From positions 63,178,001 through 63,242,000 of the forward strand of contig NC_043009.1 in NCBI RefSeq assembly GCF_006345805.1: a stretch of 64,000 bases of DNA. Reading direction: 5' to 3'. The stretch is from Octopus sinensis (Eukaryota). The notes under the pieces are model-generated. The model was not told where the DNA came from, ran no database searches, and worked only from the letters and a program-made list of their open reading frames with translations. Below are positions 54,805 to 64,000 of this stretch, in pieces (positions within the stretch are counted from its first letter, which is position 1; each line of letters starts with the position of its first letter). Position numbers and translations under genes: made by a program.

Positions 54805-55379
54805 ACTCACACATACGGATAGAGATAGATAGAGACAGACAGATTGATAGAGACAGACAGGACAGATACAGAGAGGAGCGGGGAGTGGAAGGAAGAGAAA
54901 GAACGAATTCCAATATTGTCACATAACGCAAATGTCTGTCCGGTGATTTTCTGCACTGCATGCTCTACATGTGAAAGCTAAGCGTTTTCAACAATACACC
55001 AAACTGAAATGAATCCCAGCTGCTGCTCTATTCTTACGTAGACTTCAGATCTGTAGAAGATCGCTTTGGTGAGAAGGGCTGAAGGAAATGATGAAATATT
55101 TTGTAAAAGTAAAATCGAGGAGTGCTCGAGTACAAACGTGGTGAAGTTAGTACAATAGTTGAAACCGTATACGAAAACCCGGCATTCGACCAATGGAGAA
55201 AATAAAAAGCAGAGTGAACGTATTATATCTGGATTTCTGACTTATTTAAAACGATACACACGTACATACACAAACGCACACACAAAACAACACACACACA
55301 CACACACACATACACACACACGCACACAGAAACAAAGCTGGAGATGCAATAAAGTTAGAATCAATAAAGTATATATATA

Positions 55380-55429
<50 letters not shown>

Positions 55430-55545
55430 ATATATTATGTATGTATATATGTGACTATATTACTAAACAAGTAAGCGTTTTTGGAAACCCTCTTAGTTAT
55501 AATTGTGATTTGTTCATAATTATAAACACTCTTCTATGTATTTAT

Positions 55546-55647
<102 letters not shown>

Positions 55648-55821
55648 ATGTATATATGTATATATCTGCACCGCGAAGCTTTGTCAGTGAACAGGTCGCA
55701 GTCTTAAAGCGACGAGAATATTTTGACAAATTAAATTTATTTGTTGAAGTGAATCTAACGGTTTTACGTGTTTCTTAAATGGCTTATAACACCTTCCACG
55801 CTGCAATGTTTTATATATATA

Positions 55822-55896
<75 letters not shown>

Positions 55897-56012
55897 GAAT
55901 ATATATATACATATATATGTATGTATATGTATGTTGTGTGTGGTGTGGGTGTGTGCTTGTGTGTCGGTGTTTGTCCCCCTACCATTGCTTGACAAACGAT
56001 GCTGGTGTTATA

Positions 56013-56045
<33 letters not shown>

Positions 56046-56083
56046 CAGAGAGAGAGAGAGAGAGCGGGTGGAGATAGATAGAG

Positions 56084-56217
<134 letters not shown>

Positions 56218-56730
56218 TGCTTGATATCCCACTGACAAGTAGATTTTTCAAAAATTCCAACAAGAGCAGATTTCAACCTTGGGTTGTGATTCAAAAACCC
56301 AGCTTTGTGATAAAATTGTATCAGGCTAATTTGGCCAGAGAATTACGTTTAATGCACTCGTTGATTTAACCGATCGGTATAGCAGATGATCGACAACTGT
56401 TCATTATCAAAACTACAATACGTCCCATGATACACACACAAACACAAGTGTGTGTGTGTGTGCGTGTGTGAGTGTGTGTATAGGTGCATTCATTCTTTTG
56501 TTTGACGGACGGAGTGAAAGAGAACTCAGTTCATGTTGTAGAGTATAAATATTTATTGTACAGCCAGTTAAGTCTTTCTTCACTTAGTATTTCCCGGTCT
56601 TCACGTTCGTTAAGTCTATAATTTGTCGCTTGAACGAACGCGAAAAAAAAACTCTGAATAGTGACAGGGGAAATACCTGAAACTTCGCTTTCTCTCCCCC
56701 TCTCTCTCCCCCTCTCTCTCCCCCTCTCTT

Positions 56731-56765
<35 letters not shown>

Positions 56766-58027
56766 CCATATAAATACATACGTGCGTACATGTGGTTATA
56801 TAATACCTTCAAACATACATACATACGCACACACACACTCACATACATATACTTATATATAATGTATATGTATGTATGTTTGTACGTACGTACAAACATA
56901 TGTGTGTGTGTGTATGTATGTATGTATGTATGTATGTATGTATGCACGTTTGTATGTACGCAACAGAATGTCCTAAACCACATGTTAAGAAGTTTTCATG
57001 TGACATTAAGTACATTTTGCTGTTCTCAACATTTCAAACACACACGCACTGAGCTAGCTGTTCTTGGTAGCGCTCTAGTTTTCGGATTTACAATCCTTAA
57101 AACGTATGTTTCTTTTGTCTTTCTGGGTTCATACTTTTCTTCCTTTGTTTTTCCCATTGCACATAAGCCTCGATGTCACTACATGGGACCTTTCTATCAG
57201 ATGAGCCATTGATATATATTGCTTATTTATCCTATCTCGATGCATTATTTTGAACCCGCTTAAGTATTAAGCAATACAATAAACATAATTTTGAAACCAT
57301 TATGCAAACTTATTCCTACTTCCATCAGAGATGACATGGACTTCTGTAACCTCGTTCCAAAAGAGTGAATATTGATTTCAAATCTTTACACAAGGCCAGC
57401 AATTTACGGGGAGATGGTAAGTCGATTACATCAACTCCAGTGCTAAACTGGTACTTGTTTTATCGATCTCGGAAGGATGGAAAGCAAAGTCGACCTCGAC
57501 GGAATTTGATCTCAGAGTGGAGACAAAAACATAAATCTTCCATTTGTAGTCAGCCATAATCTTAGAAACTATAATACCATACGTTCCGTCAAGCGATTGT
57601 TTCAATGTCTGCTTGTGTATAAGTATGTAGATGTGTATATATATCAGTCTGTTTAGACAAGACTTAACTTATGTTTACCGGTTCTTGTAGTATGTTGACA
57701 AAACCTCGTTTTTAAACAATATTCAGACTATGAAAAAAAAAAATGACAACTGTGATATGGACAGTGGCATCATCGGCAAGCACATCCCCTTCACCACCAC
57801 CTCCACCACCACCACCATGCCCTCCCACCACCACTGTACCCATCACCACTGTCGCTGCTGCAACTGCGCTCCTCGCCAACACCACCAATGACAACAACAA
57901 CACCAGCAAAAATAAAGTAGAAAAATAATAGCAAAGATGTGTGCCTGCATGTCTGCATATGTATAAACTAAGATATATATGTTTCTCTTTTTATCTCTCC
58001 TGTCCTCCCTCTCTCTCTCTTTCTCTG

Positions 58028-58063
<36 letters not shown>

Positions 58064-58099
58064 ATATATCATATATATAATATATATATATATATTATT

Positions 58100-58138
<39 letters not shown>

Positions 58139-58141
<3 letters not shown>

Positions 58142-58703
58142 AAGATAAATGCGATACAATAAAATTAATTATAATCGCCGGTGTACCAGTACACGCCATA
58201 TATTATACATATTCATTACATTCAAGGCGAAGAGTGCACTAGATACACAATAGCTGGATAAATTTAGTGAGATGAAAATTAAATACTTTTACAAACTTAA
58301 CTTTTCTTATACTGCAGTTTCGCCAAATTCAGTAATAAAAATAGTATTATTTACTCAGGCTGGCTCTTCAGTAAGATTCCTGTTAATGATGGGAAGACCA
58401 TATCAATAGACCCATGTGCGTCTATCGAAATGCTCTTTCTAAACTATTCAAAACACTGCGCAGACTCAGAACAAACCCGACAAAATAGGGGATTGTGGTA
58501 TATCGTCTAACGGTCAGAAATTTATCGAGAGAATATGTAAACAAAGATAAATGCGATACAATAAAATTAATTATAATCGCCGGTGTACCAGTACACGCCA
58601 TATATTATACATATATCATTACATTCAAGGCGAAGAGTGCACTAGATACACAATAGCTGGATAAATTTAGTGAGATGAAAATTAAAAACTTTTACAAACT
58701 TAA
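58139..58703 (-). mobile_element. 1.4-unit (402-nt period) HHR-containing element, retrozyme/Penelope-terminal-like
   Basis: ~162-bp direct repeats at 58139-58300 and 58541-58703 flank a 240-bp spacer that contains an HHR. Flanked by (TA)n on the left and (GATA)n on the right. Confidence 0.75.
58305..58376 (-). ncRNA. Type I hammerhead ribozyme, intact core
   Basis: Minus strand reads TCTTA CTGAAGA GCCA-(35-nt insert)-TGGC GAAAC TGCA GTA TAAGA: 5-bp stem I, 4-bp stem II, palindromic TGCA loop III. Confidence 0.85.
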
Positions 58704-58704
58704 T

Positions 58705-58983
<279 letters not shown>

Positions 58984-59235
58984 TAAAATTGAAGTTTCTT
59001 CTGTGTGTGTACAAAACTTTTATGTACCTCAATAACTTCTACATTTTTCATCCGATTTCTTTAATATTTTATACACAGCTTCTTCATATCCCAGACTCGA
59101 ACATAGGCTACTTAGATGTTTTAAAGATTGATATTGAAGCTTTTAGAGCGATGGGAAACAAACAATAGATGATTCCTATTCATTTGCATTAATCTGCTGT
59201 TTTATAATCTGTAGGGTCTTCCATACTTTTTTAAT

Positions 59236-59400
59236 CTCTATATATAAAATCTAATATATAAATCCCGTTCTGTCTGTCTGTTTTTTGTTCGCTTATAACT
59301 CAAGTATTGTTCATCCGATCGCGCTAAAATTTTAAACATGAATACATGAGAGAGCGGAGCGTTCTGTAATCTAAAAAGATTTTCATAATTGTCAGTTTCA
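59236..59400 (+). mobile_element. Helitron-like 5' end only
   Basis: tctctatatataaaatctaatatataaatcccgttctgtctgtctg resembles the 43389 start; no 3' CTAG end identified. Confidence 0.3.
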
Positions 59401-61587
59401 AGGTGAGAATCGCTATTTTTGTAATCTTTTTGCCCTGCTTCTTCCACCATCCTGTTCATTAACCGACGTTCTAAACAATTCATTTCTACATTTTCACATT
59501 TAAATGACAGATATATGTAAATAAAGCTTGCTATTTGTAAATACAGTCTCATTTTGATTTAAATATTAGAAGACCACGAACAACTGTATTCATTTCCGCG
59601 TTTTCACAAGTTTGTAAGCGGCTAAAAAATCGATATCACTCTAACTTTAAATTAAATGTAATCAACCACGTGCATTCGCAGTCATATGTGTTCTTACGGC
59701 TGTTTTTCGTTCAATAAACCAGCTGACATGAAGAAAGAAAAACTACTAGGAAAAGGCAGTTATTTTAAGTTAATAAAAAGTGAAAATAAAGCAAATAAAT
59801 AACTGGTGATTACTCAATTTTCTGAAGATGTTCCCAACATAATCCAATTGAAAGTAGAAAAGACTAATTGATTGCTTATAAAACGTGAAAAATTTGGGGG
59901 TTTACATCTAAAACCTCGCCCGTTTCTCATCCAACTTTAAAAAAATAAGCGGTATTGTTCAATTTTTGAAATAAAATTGATTTGCAAAGAACATACTTTT
60001 TGTTATTTTATTGCAGATTGTGTTATTCCACCCCCAAGTTTCAACTCTTTTTGTGTTAGTTTTTGAGAGAAGAGAGACTTCTCTAAGCATTTTTGCGCCT
60101 TTATTGAGTAGCAGTTTCTGTTTGTCTGTCCATTGGGTGATTAAAACTTTCATTTATATTTTTATTCGAAACTAATGTTACTTATCCCGTAGTTCTTACC
60201 ACTGCGCCAGTGAAAATCGAAATAAAATACGTAAAGCAAATGTCGTCAAATGCAAAAACCAAAGAACTGTTTATTGCTTAAATATCATTTGCAATATTCA
60301 CTTTGGAGATAAAACCGCGTTCAGTTTGACGTATAAGTGTCAACATGAGGTATGTACTATCGAAGAGCACATTGTGCTTATCCTAACGTGAAAGTGTTTG
60401 AGAGCAAAAAGTTTAAGGTTAATTATGATGTCCGATTCCACTGGAAGTTGTATATATTGTGGGCTGAACAGCTTTCCTTCATTTTATTGGCCTCATGACA
60501 ATTTTGAAAAGGTTCACTATCAATCAATTTTCCTTATTTAGAAGAAACAGTCAACAGTTTCAACGTCTCACGAATTTTTAATGCCCTAACCATTTATTTC
60601 GACTGTCTACCTGCTACGGTGAGTAAATTGACTAGGAACACTGTACGTGATGAACATCCAATACCAAACAATCATAATCTCCATATTTAAACTGCATTAA
60701 ACTTTGGCAAGCTTACCTTTACCTATTCTGAGTTGCTTGAAAGGTGATGTTCCCTTCCCTCTCTCTCTATTTCTTGGTACCTTTGTTTACCTACCAATGC
60801 GTTGTTTCACTTTAAGGATGCTTATTTACCCCATTCATTATCATATTTCGATTGTTGTCCATTGTTTCAAATACTTTTTAGCATTGTCGTTCTAGCCTTT
60901 TTTAAACAACCACATAGGATACGTCCCAAAGAATCAACTTTTAGATAAGAGTTTTGCTTCCACGAGCAAAAGCTATACATATCTTTCAGAAAGCTCCATA
61001 GCAATTTAACTTTATGCGACAGATTCCCAAGTAGAAAGGATTATTATTATTATCAAGGCGGCGAGCTGGCAGAATCGTTAGCACGGCGGGCAATATGCTT
61101 AGCGGTATTTCGTATGCCTTTAAGTTCTGAGTTCAAATTCCGCCGTGGTCGACTTTGCCTTTCATCTTTTAGGGGTCGATAAATTAAGTACCTGTTGCGT
61201 ACTGAGGTCGATCTAATCGACTGGCCCTCTCCCCCCCAAATTTCGGGCCTTGTGCCTAGAGTAGAAAAGAATCGTTAGCATGCCGGGCAAAATGCTTAGC
61301 GGCATTTCGTCAGTCCTTACGTTCTGAGTTCAAATATGTATGTGTGTGGGGGGGGGGGGTTGTGATGGACTCTGCTCCCGAAGATGGCGCATAAGCGTTC
61401 AACTTTTGCCGGATGAGTTGCATAAACGAATTGTTTATAGCGATGAAACGTTCGTGCCACACATTAGCTCACTCTCTCCATCAAATCGACGTTGCCTGAA
61501 CAGGTTAAGAGATGACTGTAAGAACTCTTTGCTGCAGCAGCAGCATCAACAGTAGCAGCAACAACAGTAGTAGTAGTAGTAGTAGTA

Positions 61588-61712
<125 letters not shown>

Positions 61713-62122
61713 CCACGCGTCAGGTGTTGAGGTGGTCGTAGAGCAACGCAAGATGACGTGTTTTCCTCAAGAGCACAACGCACCGCTCGGTCTAGTAATT
61801 GAAATCACGATTGCTAGGTCGTGAGTGCAACACCCTAACCACTAAGCTACACACACACACACACATACGCCGAAATAGACGAAAGTCATTGGGTGCATTT
61901 TTGAGTGTTTTTTCTGAGTGCACATGTTCTAGGAAACGTACGTGCGCCTGTGTCTGTGTATCTGTGTCTAAAAGAGAATTTGTATATTTACATTTATGGG
62001 GAAAACAATTGGGTTTTTTTTGTTTGTTATTAAACTATTGTCGCAGAGTAAGCAAACACCATTTTCTTTCGTTTTTCAAGGTTAAGAGATGACTGTAAGA
62101 ACTCTTTGCAGTAGCTGCAGCG

Positions 62123-62194
<72 letters not shown>

Positions 62195-62799
62195 TAGTAG
62201 TAGCAGCAGCAGCAGCAGTAGTAGTAGCAGCAGCAGCAACAGTAGTAGTAGTAGTAGTAGTAGTAGTGTAGTAGTAGTAGTAACAGTAGCAGCAAGTACC
62301 AGTTCTAATTAGTGCGTGTGACTTATTTTTAATTGATTCACACAACTGCGCACTAATTGTAAGCAAAATGGCGGCCATTAAAACGTTACTACTGTTACGT
62401 AGTAGATAATGGTGATGGCCTTTGTGAAAAAAGGTCGCGCGGCCGATTTTATCGCCAATACGTCAGAAGAAAAGAATGGAGAAAGTAAATAAAAGAAAAG
62501 AAATAATAGATAAGAAAATAAAAGAAGCAGTAAAATCTGATTTATCACTGATTTTATTTGAATACGAAATTTTGCTCCTGGTTTTTATTCGTTCCGTTGC
62601 CAGGTTAGATGTCCTTACCTCTCCAGGGATAAGGTGCAAATTTGTAACACATTCTATTTGTTCAGGAATAACCCTCGGCAAAGACTGTCAAGCGCTAAGC
62701 TACAATGATTGGTTTCACGATCTATAATAATCTCTCCTGGTGACCTCACATTCACAATAGTGCAGTCAAAAGATGAAACTTCCTGTTGAGGGACTGAGT

Positions 62800-63010
62800 G
62801 TAACTGAACACCGATCAGCTGATGACCTCTACAAATCCCAGGTGTTATCTATTTTAAAGTACGAGTTACTCACCAAAGCAGTGTTGCTGTTACACGCGCG
62901 AACATCATCGGCCACATTGAAAAGAGGACAAAGTAAGCTTCGAACCAGCCTACCGACTGACCCATTCTTTTCTGCACCCATCATACCTAATGTGAGCCAC
63001 TCACTAAAGT
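62800..63010 (+). mobile_element. Degraded LINE RT C-terminal fragment
   Basis: LYKSQVLSILKY resembles the LYK..VRP.LEY motif. Confidence 0.3.
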
Positions 63011-63198
63011 TTCATTCAAAAATCCACACAATTCTTACTACCAGGAAGTACAGGCGCATGGCTTAGTGGTTAGAGTGTTAGACGAATGATTGTAAATTTG
63101 TGGTTTCGATTCTTGGACCGGGATATGCGTTATGTTCTTGAGCAAAACACTTCGTGTCAGGTTTTGACTGACCGACGTCACCTCTAGCAAGGAATATA

Positions 63199-63498
63199 CT
63201 GCGTGGGCCAAAAGAAGGTCTACACTTTATTTTTTTTTTCATTTTATTACATTTACACTTGTTTATTACAATTACATAATCTCGTAAATGATCTCGTAAA
63301 CGATCGAAATCTCGTAAATGATCTCGTAAACGATCGAAATCTCGTAAATGATCTCGTAAATGCTCGAAATCGCCTCCTTCAACATTGCAATATTTCGCAA
63401 ACCTTTCCAGAACACTGCAACACACAGCATCATACAAATTCCTATCTGCATCAATAAGTTCATTTTAAAACGTGTATACCTACTTTTGGACCACCCTG
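63199..63498. mobile_element. Tc1/mariner-like MITE with an internal 30-bp triple repeat
   Basis: TIRs ctgcgtgggccaaaagaaggtctaca / tgtatacctacttttggaccaccctg; TA flanks; minus-strand NVEGGDFEHL resembles transposase C-terminal GGHFEHL. Confidence 0.7.
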
Positions 63499-63952
63499 TA
63501 TATGCCAGAGAAACCGGGAAACCGGCCACAATGTTCCTTAGGGAGTAACGTGGACTAACCTTACTACCAAGAAGCAGTAGAGTTTCGCTCCTTACCCAAC
63601 TTTTGTCTCTCTATATCATCAATTAGAAGTTTCAGCTGATTCATCGATTATCTCAGAAAGCAAAAAATGCTATACGTCAATACCGCATTTCCCGCCACCG
63701 TGTACAATACGCATATACACACACACACATACACGCACACACACACCACACACACACACACGAAGAGTTTTTTTCTTTTATTCCAAAGCTACAAATACGC
63801 AGTTTGTTTCGTACTCAATGTCTTAATAAGATCGGGTCGAGAAAGAAACAAACACTTCATTTTAACATTTGCTTATATCAAACTGTAGCAGAGCGTCCTT
63901 TAATTTGGCTTCGAGTAATAGATATCCTACCAAACATGCTTTGTTTATATTT

Positions 63953-63990
<38 letters not shown>

Positions 63991-64000
63991 ACACACACAA

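Noticed and set aside
54978-55220. 71-aa minus-strand ORF and plus-strand YENPAF peptide
   Set aside because: Short, no splice support or recognisable domain; upstream stops in the plus frame.
55760-55800. Minus-strand GAAACACGTA near a TA tract
   Set aside because: No CUGANGA core or stem I.

Overview
Repeat-saturated, AT-rich animal DNA with no recognisable host protein-coding gene. The SINE families and microsatellite landscape suggest an octopus/cephalopod genome (inference). There is a 100-N scaffold gap at 13081-13180. Almost all ORFs in the supplied track are microsatellite or SINE artefacts. Supported content: three tRNA-derived SINE families in many copies; 5'-truncated R4/Dong-type LINEs nested in (AAT)n; RTE LINE 3' fragments; a Tc1 transposase remnant; several MITEs; small Helitron-like elements; and Penelope-like terminal fragments. 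The most notable signal is non-coding: about 12 type I hammerhead ribozyme (HHR) motifs. A ~485-nt tandem array (46811-49108) carries one HHR per unit and flips into a head-to-head inversion 5 nt from the predicted self-cleavage site. An unrelated 402-nt unit (58139-58703) carries a closely similar HHR, and its 5' boundary is also within ~10 nt of the cleavage site. Both look like retrozyme-type self-cleaving, possibly circRNA-forming, non-autonomous retroelements. All ribozyme calls come from manual motif and base-pair inspection, not from computation or experiment.
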